NCBI GenBank assembly: GCA_044425705.1
Contig: JAWXVD010000006.1
Coordinates: forward strand, 134-64,133
DNA length: 64,000 nt
Source of the DNA: Eubacteriales bacterium
GTDB lineage: Bacteria > Bacillota > Clostridia > Lachnospirales > Lachnospiraceae
Direction: 5' to 3'
The position numbers were made by a program, and so were the translations under genes. Shown here in pieces: positions 21,605-31,197 of this stretch. The notes beneath the pieces are model-generated. The model had not been told where the DNA came from, ran no database searches, and saw only the letters and a list, made by a program, of their open reading frames with translations. The first letter of the stretch is position 1. Each line of letters opens with the position of its first letter.

Positions 21605-22885
21605 CTAATTAATAAATAATTTTTCTAAATCTTGATAAAAATTAGGATAGCTAATTGTTACACAATCAAAACCTGTAATTTCGGTTTCTCCATCTGCCTG
21701 TAATCCAGCAATGGCAAAGCTCATGGCAATACGATGGTCTAGTTTAGAATCAATCACTGCTCCATGAAGAGGCACATCACCATTGATAATCATTCCATCA
21801 TCGGTACCTGTAATATCTCCACCCATAGCAGACAAATTATCCACCATCACGTCAATTCGGTTACTTTCTTTTACCTTTAATTCAGCAGCATCTTTAATAA
21901 TAGTTTGACCTTTGGCAAAAGCAGCCATAATTGCTATAATTGGTAGCTCATCAATTAAAGTTGGAATGATGTCTCCTTCTATTGTAATTCCATGAAGTGA
22001 ACTTGAACGAATCAATAAATCAGCAGTAGGTTCACCTTGATCTCTAGATTCATTTAATAAGGAAATATCCCCGCCCATAGCTTTCGCTACACGTATGATA
22101 CCATCTCTAGTAGGATTGATTCCCACATTTGTCAATACTATTTCAGAATTTGGTACGATAAGTCCAGCAGCGATAAAATAAGCAGCCGATGAAATATCTC
22201 CTGGTACAGCTAGCTTTCGACCTTCTAAATATGGATTAGGTGTGATAGTGGCTGTTGTGCCTACAGTTGTTACGTTGGCACCAAAAAAGTTTAACATAAT
22301 TTCAGAGTGATTTCGGCTAATTGCAGGTTCTGTTACAGAAGTATCACCATCAGCATAAAGACCAGCCAATAAGATAGCAGATTTTACCTGAGCAGAAGCA
22401 ACTTTTGATACATGGTGAATACTTTGTAAAGGACCACCGACAATACGAAGTGGTGCACATCCATTTCCGTGAATACTCTCTATAGAAGCGCCCATGCTTG
22501 AAAGAGGATCTATGATTCGCTTCATAGGTCTAGTTTGAATAGACTCATCACCAGTTAAAGTAGTTGTAAATGGTTGGGCTACTAAAATACCAGAAATTAA
22601 TCTTGTAGTTGTTCCGCTATTGCCAGCATCTAACATAGAGCTTGGAGCTTGCAATCCATGTAAACCTAAACCATGAATGGATACATTTGTTCCCTTATGT
22701 TCTATTTGAATACCTAATTTGCGAAAACAATTAATCGTAGAGATGCAATCGGCACCAGGTAGAAAATTTGTTACTTCTGTAAGTCCTTTTGACAAAGCGC
22801 CAAACATGATGGAACGATGGGAAATTGATTTGTCACCTGGTATAGAAACGGTACCAGACAGACCGTTAATTTTATTAAATTTCAT
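21605..22885 (-). CDS. aroA: 3-phosphoshikimate 1-carboxyvinyltransferase (EPSP synthase)
   Basis: GTVSIPGDKSISHRS, NSGTTTRL and other class II EPSPS motifs; start at MKFNK (CAT 22883-22885) with GGAGG SD. The longer ORF extension runs into a repeat element. Confidence 0.9.
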   Translation of the reverse strand: MKFNKINGLSGTVSIPGDKSISHRSIMFGALSKGLTEVTNFLPGADCISTINCFRKLGIQIEHKGTNVSIHGLGLHGLQAPSSMLDAGNSGTTTRLISGILVAQPFTTTLTGDESIQTRPMKRIIDPLSSMGASIESIHGNGCAPLRIVGGPLQSIHHVSKVASAQVKSAILLAGLYADGDTSVTEPAISRNHSEIMLNFFGANVTTVGTTATITPNPYLEGRKLAVPGDISSAAYFIAAGLIVPNSEIVLTNVGINPTRDGIIRVAKAMGGDISLLNESRDQGEPTADLLIRSSSLHGITIEGDIIPTLIDELPIIAIMAAFAKGQTIIKDAAELKVKESNRIDVMVDNLSAMGGDITGTDDGMIINGDVPLHGAVIDSKLDHRIAMSFAIAGLQADGETEITGFDCVTISYPNFYQDLEKLFIN

Positions 22886-22915
22886 AGATTCCTCCAATTT
22901 TAAAGCGTTTACATT

Positions 22916-22987
22916 TTTAAGTCCAGTGATTTCACTTGCTTGCAAGGGTGAAATCACAGACGCTGAGGGTGAAAATTTATTTGCACC
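22916..22987 (-). repeat. Double-hairpin interspersed repeat, type 1, copy A
   Basis: The reverse complement matches the copies at 30602, 54207 and 54457: GTGMAAATAAATTTTCAC...GTGATTTCACCCTTGCAAGCAAGTGAAATCACTGGACTTAAA. Confidence 0.8.
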
Positions 22988-23275
22988 TTTTCAACTTTCT
23001 TATTATAGAAATATAACATTGTGGTGTATGAAAGTCAATTCTGCAAAATAAGCCTAGCTAGTTACTTTTACGGCATAGCACCTCCACACTACGTGCGTGT
23101 GTAAAAAGTAACGGAAAAGTAAATGTATATAAAAATACTTGTACAAAATGTAGGAAAATGCTTGTAAAACTATTTGAAATTTAGTAATATAGACACATGG
23201 TATATTTGTAAAGAAAAAATAAAAATTATGAAAAATACATTTTACCTAATAAACATGAAAATTGGAGGAAACTAT

Positions 23276-25366
23276 ATGAACATTTACACAACAGACAAGA
23301 TACGTAATGTCGTTTTGCTTGGACATGGTGGTGCAGGAAAGACTAGTTTAGTGGAAGCGATGGCTTATTTATCAGGAATTACTTCGAGGATGGGTAAAGT
23401 TTCTGATGGAAATACACTAAGTGATTTTGGTAAGGAAGAACTTAAACGTCATATTTCTATTACAACATCAGTTGTTCCAATCGAATGGGAAGGATGTAAG
23501 ATTAATATTTTAGATTCACCTGGATTTTTTGATTTTGTAGGTGAAGTAGAAGAAGCTGTAAGTGCTGCAGATGCTGCGATTATCGTAGTTTCAGGTAAAT
23601 CAGGGGTAGAAGTTGGTACTACGAAAGCATGGGATTTATGTGAGAAGTATAATTTACCACGCATGATATTTGTTACAGAAATGGATATCGATAATGCTTC
23701 CTTCCGTCAAGTTGTGCAAGATATGAAAGATTTGTACGGCAAGAAAATCGCACCATTCCATTTACCAATTCGTGAGAATGAAAAATTTGTAGGATATGTA
23801 AATATTATTTCTGAAACGGGAAATAGATGGCATGGTAAAGATGTAGTTCCATGTGACATTCCTGAATATAATAAACCAAATCTTGAGCTTTATAGAGAAG
23901 CATTAATGGAAGCTGTTGCTGAAACTAGTGAAGAATTTATGGATCGTTATTTTGGTGGAGAAACTTTCTCAGAAGCTGAAATTAGAATGGCTCTTAGAAC
24001 GAATATTGATGATGGTACAGTGGTTCCTATGTCTATGGGTTCTAATATACTTTGCCAAGGTGTCTATACCTTATTAGATGATATTGTGAAATATATGCCA
24101 AGTCCTGAAAATAGAGAGATTTCAGGTACTTCATTGAAAACAGGTGATATTTTTGAAGCTAATTTTAATTTTTCCAAAGCAAAATCAGCATATATTTGGA
24201 AAACAATTGTAGATCCATTTATCGGAAAATATTCATTGGTAAAGGTTAATTCAGGTGTTTTAAAAGCTGATGATGTAATTTATAATGCAGATAAAGATAT
24301 TGAAGAAAAAGTTGGAAAACTCTATGTGATGCAAGGAAGTAAACCTCTCGAAGTGGGCGAACTTCATGCCGGTGATATTGGAGCTATTGCAAAATTAACT
24401 GATGCAGCAACAGGGAATACTTTGTCAACAAAAGCCAATCCAATTCAATACGATAAAGTGGCACTACCAACGCCTTATACATACAAGAGATATCAACCGA
24501 TCAATAAAGGCGATATTGATAAAATTTCTCAATCATTACAAAAGATGATGAATGAAGATTTAACCATTAAAGTTGTTAACGATGCTGAAAATAGACAAAG
24601 CTTAATTTATGGTATGGGCGATCAGCATTTAGATGTTATCGTTAGTAAATTATTAAATGAATACAAAGTGGAAGTATCTCTATCACAGCCAAAAGTGGCA
24701 TTTAGAGAGACAATTAAGAAAAAATCAGATGTAGAATATAAATATAAAAAACAATCAGGTGGACATGGACAATATGGTCACGTTAAGATGACATTTGAAC
24801 CAGCAGACAATATTGAATCAGCTTATATCTTTGAACAAACAGTAGTAGGTGGAGCTGTACCTAAAAACTATTACCCAGCAGTAGACAAAGGCTTACAAGA
24901 TTCAGTTGTAAAAGGTCCATTAGCTGCCTATCCAGTTGTTGGTGTAAAAGCAACATTATACGATGGTTCTTATCATCCAGTAGACTCTTCGGAAATGGCA
25001 TTCAAAATGGCGGCTGTGCAAGCATTCAAAAAGGGATTTATGGATGCAAAACCAGTATTGTTAGAGCCAATCGCAACTATGACTGTTACTGTGCCAGATC
25101 AATATACTGGTGATGTTATGAGCGATTTAAATAAGAGACGTGGTAGAGTACTTGGAATGCAACCACAACATGGTGGTATTCAAATTATTGAAGCCGATGT
25201 ACCTATGATTTGTTTGTATGGATATTGTACTGACCTTAGATCCATGACTGGTGGACGAGGTGATTATGCATATGAATTCTCACGTTACGAACAAGCACCA
25301 AGTGATGTACAAGATAAAGAAGTTGCTGCAAGAGCAGATAAACTTAATAATAATGGTGATGAATAA
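23276..25366 (+). CDS. Elongation factor G family GTPase (EF-G paralog)
   Basis: G1 GHGGAGKTS, DSPGFFDF G3, full five-domain EF-G length; ATG 23276 with GGAGG SD. Confidence 0.85.
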   Translation: MNIYTTDKIRNVVLLGHGGAGKTSLVEAMAYLSGITSRMGKVSDGNTLSDFGKEELKRHISITTSVVPIEWEGCKINILDSPGFFDFVGEVEEAVSAADAAIIVVSGKSGVEVGTTKAWDLCEKYNLPRMIFVTEMDIDNASFRQVVQDMKDLYGKKIAPFHLPIRENEKFVGYVNIISETGNRWHGKDVVPCDIPEYNKPNLELYREALMEAVAETSEEFMDRYFGGETFSEAEIRMALRTNIDDGTVVPMSMGSNILCQGVYTLLDDIVKYMPSPENREISGTSLKTGDIFEANFNFSKAKSAYIWKTIVDPFIGKYSLVKVNSGVLKADDVIYNADKDIEEKVGKLYVMQGSKPLEVGELHAGDIGAIAKLTDAATGNTLSTKANPIQYDKVALPTPYTYKRYQPINKGDIDKISQSLQKMMNEDLTIKVVNDAENRQSLIYGMGDQHLDVIVSKLLNEYKVEVSLSQPKVAFRETIKKKSDVEYKYKKQSGGHGQYGHVKMTFEPADNIESAYIFEQTVVGGAVPKNYYPAVDKGLQDSVVKGPLAAYPVVGVKATLYDGSYHPVDSSEMAFKMAAVQAFKKGFMDAKPVLLEPIATMTVTVPDQYTGDVMSDLNKRRGRVLGMQPQHGGIQIIEADVPMICLYGYCTDLRSMTGGRGDYAYEFSRYEQAPSDVQDKEVAARADKLNNNGDE

Positions 25367-25384
25367 TTAATAAATGATAATAAA

Positions 25385-25427
25385 ATGAGCTGCTGCATTA
25401 AGTAATTAATGTGGCAGCTCATTTTTG
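25385..25427 (+). terminator. Rho-independent terminator
   Basis: ATGAGCTGC / GCAGCTCAT stem followed by TTTTT. Confidence 0.7.
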
Positions 25428-25508
25428 TATGATTTATAATCAATTCCACAACACAGTTGCATTGACGATAAATATATATATGTTATAATGAAAAAAAGGA
25501 GGTAACCT

Positions 25509-25835
25509 ATGGAACAAAAAATATTAAATGAATTAGTTAATGGTATATTGAGAATTATGCAACCTTCTGTAATGCAAATTATTCTTTACGGTTCTGTTGC
25601 AAGAGGTACTAATACAGATGCCTCAGATGTTGATATTGCTCTCATGGTTACAAACGCTCTTGATAAAAGCACAGAGGATTTATTATCTGATTTTGTTGTA
25701 GATATGAATCTCAAATACGATAAAGTGTTTTCTGTAATTGACATTGATTATGACAATTTCCGAAAATGGGAAGGTGTTACTCCATTTTATCAAAATGTAA
25801 CAAAGGAGGGAATCGTCCTATGGAAGGCAGTATAA
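25509..25835 (+). CDS. Nucleotidyltransferase-domain protein (MNT-type antitoxin), module 1
   Basis: LYGSVARGTNTDASDVDIA minimal nucleotidyltransferase motif; 3' end overlaps a HEPN-like reading frame. Confidence 0.8.
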   Translation: MEQKILNELVNGILRIMQPSVMQIILYGSVARGTNTDASDVDIALMVTNALDKSTEDLLSDFVVDMNLKYDKVFSVIDIDYDNFRKWEGVTPFYQNVTKEGIVLWKAV

Positions 25836-26330
25836 AAAATTTGTCACAATATAGATTTACTTGTGCTCAAGAAAACTTAGAATCAGCAAAGGTATTGATC
25901 TATGATACAAATATAGATGAAAATAAGCAAGAAAAAATGTGTCGCAAAGAACCACACATGGGTGGCAGTATATTTAGTTGTAAAATAAATTAAAATGTCG
26001 CAGATGAGGTAACCTGTAAGTTATTAATTTGTCGGCTAACACCTAATTAGACAGTTACCGCATTTTATGAATAATAAATAACAGTGATTGAGATAAAGAA
26101 AGGGATTTGTTACAATAGAATTAGTAATAGAGGTTGTTCGAGAAGAAGCGGTAGAGATATGTGCAAAAATAGATAAAAAGTTTTCAAAATATTTAAGCCA
26201 GGCATTTCAAATAAGAAATAATACTGATTATGCTGATTTTTTTATAGTGTCTAGCCAAGATGCTAAAAAATAATATGAGCGCGCTGCTGAATTTTTGAAA
26301 ATGATAGAAAAGTATTTAAGAGAAGTATAG
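25820..26330 (+). pseudogene. HEPN-domain toxin gene remnant (module 1)
   Basis: The N-terminal 30 codons (MEGSIKNLSQYRFTCAQENLESAKVL) parallel the intact HEPN at 26670 and then diverge. The C-terminal part (SKYLSQAFQIRNNTDYADFFIVSSQDAKK*YERAAEFLKMIEKYL) lies at about 26110-26330 with an in-frame TAA. Confidence 0.65.
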
Positions 26331-26347
26331 GGGATAGAGGAGAAGTA

Positions 26348-26680
26348 ATGAATAATAGAGAACAATTACTTAAAGATTTTACAAAAGAAGTGCAATTAGC
26401 AATGGGGGATGTGATTAATAAAATTATTTTGTATGGTTCTTATGCAAGAGGGGATTTTCATGTAAATTCAGATATTGATATTATGATTCTCACCTCGCTA
26501 ACTGAAGATAAGATAAAAAATATAGAAGATCAGGTATATGACATAGCATTTGAATATCAAATGTCGGATGCAATTACGATTAGTGTGAATATCAAAAATA
26601 CAGAACAGTATTATTATTGGTTGGGAGCATTGCCTTATTATGATAATATTGAAAGGGAGGGAATTGTACTTGCAGGATGA
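26348..26680 (+). CDS. Nucleotidyltransferase-domain protein (MNT-type antitoxin), module 2
   Basis: LYGSYARGDFHVNSDIDIM motif; overlaps the downstream HEPN gene. Confidence 0.85.
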   Translation: MNNREQLLKDFTKEVQLAMGDVINKIILYGSYARGDFHVNSDIDIMILTSLTEDKIKNIEDQVYDIAFEYQMSDAITISVNIKNTEQYYYWLGALPYYDNIEREGIVLAG

Positions 26681-27065
26681 GAGAAAAAAGACATTGTGCC
26701 AATATCGTTTAAATAATGCAGAAGAAACATATACTGTTGCTCAGGATTGTTTTAAGGGAATGCATTTTAAGGACTGTGTAAATCGTTCTTATTATGCTGT
26801 GTTTTATGCGTTAAAAGCAGTATTAGCCCTAGAGGGAGTAGATTTTAAACGTCACAAAGATGTAGTTGCATATTTTAATCGACATTATGTTGCAGCTGAT
26901 GTATTTAAAAGAGATTATGGTAGAAAAATAGCTAAATTGCAACAGATACGCGAAAAAAGTGATTACGATGATTTTTATATCACGTCCAGTGAAGAAGCAG
27001 AAATGCAATTAGAAAATACTAGAGAAATTATAGATGCTATAACAATATATTTAAATCTTTTATAG
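26670..27065 (+). CDS. HEPN-domain protein (toxin partner of MNT), module 2
   Basis: HEPN-like helices with ...IREKSDYDD motif; probable TTG start at 26670, 9 nt after AGGGAGG, overlapping the MNT stop. Confidence 0.8.
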   Translation: MQDERKKTLCQYRLNNAEETYTVAQDCFKGMHFKDCVNRSYYAVFYALKAVLALEGVDFKRHKDVVAYFNRHYVAADVFKRDYGRKIAKLQQIREKSDYDDFYITSSEEAEMQLENTREIIDAITIYLNLL

Positions 27066-27123
27066 CAATAGTTAAACACTAATTTTTACCCAAATAGCAT
27101 TAACACAATCACTAAAACAATAG

Positions 27124-27163
27124 ACAGCCCTTCTGGTGTAATGATACTAGGAGGGCTGTTTTA
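27124..27163 (+). terminator. Rho-independent terminator
   Basis: ACAGCCCTTC...GAGGGCTGT stem followed by TTTT. Confidence 0.6.
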
Positions 27164-27372
27164 GCATATCAAATATGGTTAACTAAGTTAGCATATTTTC
27201 ATAAGTGGCATAAACACACTTATGAAAGTGTTTATTTGTTTACACAATATAAAAATCATGATATGATTTTAGAGAAAATTTATGTTATAAAAGATAAGGT
27301 TTTATATTATATTTTTGTCGAATAATTTATATGTTTTTATGTTGATGATAATAGAAAGTAGTGGTTATTGGT

Positions 27373-28095
27373 ATGAATAAAATGTACACAATGGAGGATT
27401 TTTTAAATATTATAGAAACATTACGAAGTGAAGGTGGATGCCCTTGGGATAGAGAGCAGACTCATGATACATTGCGACCTTGTATGGTGGAAGAAGCTTA
27501 TGAATTAGTAAGTGCCATTGGAATCTATGAGAAGAGCAGCTCATATGAAAATATGCGAGAAGAATTAGGTGATGTTTTATTACAAGTTGTTATGCATAGC
27601 CAAATTGCAAAGGAAGAAGGATTATTCTCTTTTGAGGATGTGGTTCAAGAAGTAGCTGCTAAAATGGTACATCGACACCCACATGTATTTGGGCAAGTAG
27701 AAGTATCAAATAGTAATGAAGTAATTCAAAATTGGGAAGAATTAAAGAAGCAAGAGAAAGAAGGAAAAGCATGGATTGCATCACCTTTGCAAGAGGTGCC
27801 TAAGGAATTGCCAGCCCTTATTCGAAGTAGCAAAGTACATAAAAAAATAAGGCAGGTATATCATGTAGAAGAAAATGAAATAGCTGCTGTAAATACAATG
27901 CAAGAATTAACGAGTCAATTAGGAAAAATCTTGCAAACTGATGAAACGGAATCAGATAAAGAAACTCTAACAAATATATTAGGTGATTTATTAATGGAAA
28001 TTACCACAGTAGCAAGTATTGAAAAGATTAATGTAGAACAAATTTTGGCAGATAAAATTGATGATTTAATTGATCGGGTAGAAAATAATCAGTGA
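27373..28095 (+). CDS. mazG: MazG-family nucleoside triphosphate pyrophosphohydrolase
   Basis: CPWDREQTH...EEAYEL...ELGDVLLQV motifs. Confidence 0.85.
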   Translation: MNKMYTMEDFLNIIETLRSEGGCPWDREQTHDTLRPCMVEEAYELVSAIGIYEKSSSYENMREELGDVLLQVVMHSQIAKEEGLFSFEDVVQEVAAKMVHRHPHVFGQVEVSNSNEVIQNWEELKKQEKEGKAWIASPLQEVPKELPALIRSSKVHKKIRQVYHVEENEIAAVNTMQELTSQLGKILQTDETESDKETLTNILGDLLMEITTVASIEKINVEQILADKIDDLIDRVENNQ

Positions 28096-28183
28096 TGGAT
28101 TTTGTTTGGTGAGAAGTATAGGGTTAGAATAAGCTATTTTACTAATTGAGACGAAAAGTCTGGAAGAAGAGGTGGGTACTAAG

Positions 28184-28699
28184 ATGGTTCATATATATTG
28201 TGGAGATGGAAAAGGAAAAACAACCGCATCAGTAGGATTAGCCATTAGAATGGCAGGTACTGGTGGAAAAGTGGTCTACGCTCAATTTATGAAAGGGAAT
28301 GACAGCGGAGAACATAAAAGCCTTGCGCAGTTTTCCAATATTACCTTGTTAAAAAATGAAAAAAATCTTGGCTTCACTTTTCAGATGAATGAGGAACAAA
28401 GAAGAGAATTAACAGATATGCATAATGGGAAGCTAGCTGAAATTCAAAAAATATTAGAAGATGGAAAATGTGATTTATTAGTGATGGATGAATTAACTTA
28501 TCCTTATCGAGATCACCATTTGAATCGTCAACTGGTTGATCAAATCATAACACAATATGGGAAAAAAATTGAAATTTGTATTACAGGTCGTTCTCCTGAC
28601 GAAAGATTGGTAGAAAAAGCTGATTATATGACAGAAATGAAAATGATCAAACATCCTTTTACAAGTGGGGTAGGTGCAAGAAAAGGGGTTGAATTCTAA
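28184..28699 (+). CDS. cobO: Cob(I)yrinic acid a,c-diamide adenosyltransferase (CobA/CobO/BtuR type)
   Basis: GDGKGKTTASVGLAIRMAGTGGKVVYAQFMKG P-loop signature of CobA-type corrinoid adenosyltransferases. Confidence 0.8.
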   Translation: MVHIYCGDGKGKTTASVGLAIRMAGTGGKVVYAQFMKGNDSGEHKSLAQFSNITLLKNEKNLGFTFQMNEEQRRELTDMHNGKLAEIQKILEDGKCDLLVMDELTYPYRDHHLNRQLVDQIITQYGKKIEICITGRSPDERLVEKADYMTEMKMIKHPFTSGVGARKGVEF

Positions 28700-29979
28700 T
28701 GACTACAAAAACAAATGCTAGGGTTGAAGTTTATGTGAATAAAAATCAGAAAAAAATGCGTTGTGGCATGACTACTGGCAGCTGCTGTAGCATTGCAGCA
28801 AAGGCGGCAACGAAAAAATTATTGTTAGGAATTGATGTTACACAAGAGACTATTATGACACCAAAGGGAATCAGTATTTCAGTACCAGTAAATCTTGTAG
28901 AGATTGCGCAGGAGGAAGTGATTGCCCAAGTGTTTAAAGATAGTGGAGATGATCCAGATGTGACAAATGGAATGGAAGTGTTAGTTGCTGTTAGTTATTT
29001 GAATGATGAAGATGAATCTAATGTGTCAGCAATGGATTTGAATGAATCAATAGATTCTAAAGGGTTAGAGCAATCTGAGACTAGTAAAAATAAGTTATAT
29101 TTTGCAGATTCAGAATTTCCAAATATTTACCTAGATGGTGGTATTGGTGTGGGTAGAATTACAAAAGAAGGACTGGAGCAAAAGATTGGATTTGCTGCAA
29201 TTAACAAAGTACCCAGAAGAATGATTATGTCTCATGTCAAAGAAATTATGGATATAGCAGACATATCCAAGCCGATACTTGTGACTATTATTTTTCCAGA
29301 GGGTGCCAAGTTAGCGAAAAGAACATTTAATCCTCAACTTGGAATTGTAGATGGAATTTCTGTATTAGGAACAAGCGGTATTGTGGAACCTATGAGTGAG
29401 AAAGCTTTGATAGATACTATTGAGGTAGAAATCAAGCAAAAACAAGCTGAAGGAATGAAAAATATTATTCTGATGCCTGGAAATTATGGACAGACTTATG
29501 TGCAAGAGGAGTTACAATTATCGCTACAGAAAAGCGTAAAGTGTAGTAATTATGTAGGGGAATCTATCGATTTGTGCATCAGCTATGGCATGGAACATGT
29601 ACTATTAGTTGGAAATATGGGGAAATTCGTAAAGTTAGCAGCAGGAATTATGAATACACATTCTAAAGTGGCTGATGGAAGAATGGAAATTTTAGCATTG
29701 CATACATATTTGTGTGGTGGTACAAAAGAAGATGTGGACTTTATTTTACAATCTATTAACACGGAAGGTGTTGTGGCATATTTAAAAGACCATGATTTGT
29801 TAACAGTTGTGATGGATAGTATTTGTCAAAAAATAGAACAACATGTTAAGAGAAGAGCTGGTGATTGTTTGAAAATTGGAGTTTATGTTTTTTCTGAAAA
29901 TCATCACTTAATTGGTAAAACTAGTGATGCCGATACAATTAAAGATTTAATAATCGGGGAAGATAAGATGAGGTTATGA
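28699..29979 (+). CDS. cbiD: Cobalt-precorrin-5B (C1)-methyltransferase
   Basis: MRCGMTTGSCC N-terminal signature, GGIGVGRITKEGL, ILGTSGIVEPMS motifs; contains an acidic/Ser-rich segment around residues 100-135. Confidence 0.85.
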   Translation: MTTKTNARVEVYVNKNQKKMRCGMTTGSCCSIAAKAATKKLLLGIDVTQETIMTPKGISISVPVNLVEIAQEEVIAQVFKDSGDDPDVTNGMEVLVAVSYLNDEDESNVSAMDLNESIDSKGLEQSETSKNKLYFADSEFPNIYLDGGIGVGRITKEGLEQKIGFAAINKVPRRMIMSHVKEIMDIADISKPILVTIIFPEGAKLAKRTFNPQLGIVDGISVLGTSGIVEPMSEKALIDTIEVEIKQKQAEGMKNIILMPGNYGQTYVQEELQLSLQKSVKCSNYVGESIDLCISYGMEHVLLVGNMGKFVKLAAGIMNTHSKVADGRMEILALHTYLCGGTKEDVDFILQSINTEGVVAYLKDHDLLTVVMDSICQKIEQHVKRRAGDCLKIGVYVFSENHHLIGKTSDADTIKDLIIGEDKMRL

Positions 29980-31136
29980 TAATGAAAGCAATCATGTTTG
30001 CCTTTAGCAAGTATGGCTATGAATTGAGTCATAAAATTGAAAAGGAATTATCAAAGGAGCCTGTTACTTTAATCAAAGCGGTAAAGGGAATATGGGTAGA
30101 TGATATCGTAATAAGCGAAAATCTTGTTTCTTTGAACAAGCGAGATACAAAAGAATTTTTAAAGGAAGAAATAAAAGATACATCTGTGATTATTTTTATC
30201 GGAGCCTGTGGTATTGCAGTGCGATTGATGGCACCTTTTTTAATCAGTAAGAAAATTGACCCAGCTGTATTGGTTTTAGATGATGAAGGGAATTTTTGTA
30301 TTTCTCTTGTTTCAGGACATTTAGGTGGTGCTAATGAATGGACAAACAAGATTGCGGCTATGGTAGATGCGATACCTGTGATCACTACATCAACAGATAT
30401 TCATGAAGTGTTTGCAGTAGATGTCTTTGCGAAAAAGAATCATTTATATATAGAAGATATGACATTGGCAAAGGAAATTTCGGCAACACTATTACAGGGT
30501 AATTCAGTGGGAATTTATTCAGATATTTCTATTAAAGATGAAATCGATAAGAAATTAACCATAGTTGGTGATAAAGAATGTCAAAAACAAGGTGAGGTAA
30601 AGAGTGAAAATAAATTTTCACCTTCAGCGCCTGAGATTTCACCCATGCAAGCACGTGAAATCACTGGACTTAAATATGGGATTGTGATTGGCAGAGATAA
30701 AAAAAGTATTTTTCCAAAATCACTTTATTTATATCCGAAATCATTTGTACTAGGAATTGGCTGTAGAAAAGGTACTAGTGAAGTACAAATTGAAGAGGGA
30801 ATTTTTACTTTTTTAAAAAATAAAAATATTAGTATCCAAGAAATTGGGAAGCTAGGTAGTATTGATTTGAAAAAGGAAGAAGAAGGAATTCTTTCCTTTT
30901 CAAAAAAATATGAAATACCCTTTTCTGTATTTTCTAAGGAAGAATTAGAACAAGCAGATGGTGATTTTATAGAGTCTTCCTTTGTAAGTGGAGTAACAGG
31001 TGTTGGAAATGTGTGTGAAAGAAGTGCAAGCTTACTGGGGAATGGTAAGATTATTCATAAAAAAGAGATTGTAAATGGAATTACATTGTCCGTTGGGGAA
31101 ATGGATTGTGAAATTTGGTTTGAAAGAAATGATTAA
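29976..31136 (+). CDS. cbiG: Cobalt-precorrin-5A hydrolase
   Basis: CbiG N domain (IFIGACGIAVRLMAP...VSGHLGGAN) and C domain (LGIGCRKG...IDLKKEE); the ORF is continuous through a repeat element at 30602-30676. Confidence 0.8.
   Translation: MIMKAIMFAFSKYGYELSHKIEKELSKEPVTLIKAVKGIWVDDIVISENLVSLNKRDTKEFLKEEIKDTSVIIFIGACGIAVRLMAPFLISKKIDPAVLVLDDEGNFCISLVSGHLGGANEWTNKIAAMVDAIPVITTSTDIHEVFAVDVFAKKNHLYIEDMTLAKEISATLLQGNSVGIYSDISIKDEIDKKLTIVGDKECQKQGEVKSENKFSPSAPEISPMQAREITGLKYGIVIGRDKKSIFPKSLYLYPKSFVLGIGCRKGTSEVQIEEGIFTFLKNKNISIQEIGKLGSIDLKKEEEGILSFSKKYEIPFSVFSKEELEQADGDFIESSFVSGVTGVGNVCERSASLLGNGKIIHKKEIVNGITLSVGEMDCEIWFERND
30602..30676 (+). repeat. Double-hairpin interspersed repeat, type 1, copy B (inside cbiG, in-frame)
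   Basis: GAGTGAAAATAAATTTTCACCTTCAGCGCCTGAGATTTCACCCATGCAAGCACGTGAAATCACTGGACTTAAATAT aligns with copies A, C and D. Confidence 0.8.
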
Positions 31137-31197
31137 AATAAAAATTTAAGTGAAAGTCTGTTTATAGTGGTATGTTGACAGATTCTTTGATGATTTT

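Noticed and set aside
22886-22957. Longer N-terminus of aroA (ORF start at 22957)
   Set aside because: The extension is the stop-free frame of repeat copy A. A GGAGG SD precedes the internal MKFNK start, which matches the usual EPSP synthase N-terminus.
23174-23275. N-terminal extension of the EF-G paralog (TTG/ATG at 23174)
   Set aside because: The extension is AT-rich promoter-like sequence. GGAGG lies 8 nt before ATG 23276, and the G1 motif follows immediately, as in other EF-G proteins.
25766-25993. 75-aa ORF as an independent gene
   Set aside because: Its first part is just the alternative frame of the MNT gene 3' end. From 25820 it is the 5' fragment of the disrupted HEPN gene, followed by unrelated read-through.
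27066-28183. Cobalamin riboswitch in front of the cob cluster
   Set aside because: No B12-box-like sequence or extended structured leader is present. The intergenic gaps before mazG and cobO are either promoter/terminator-like or only 75 nt long.
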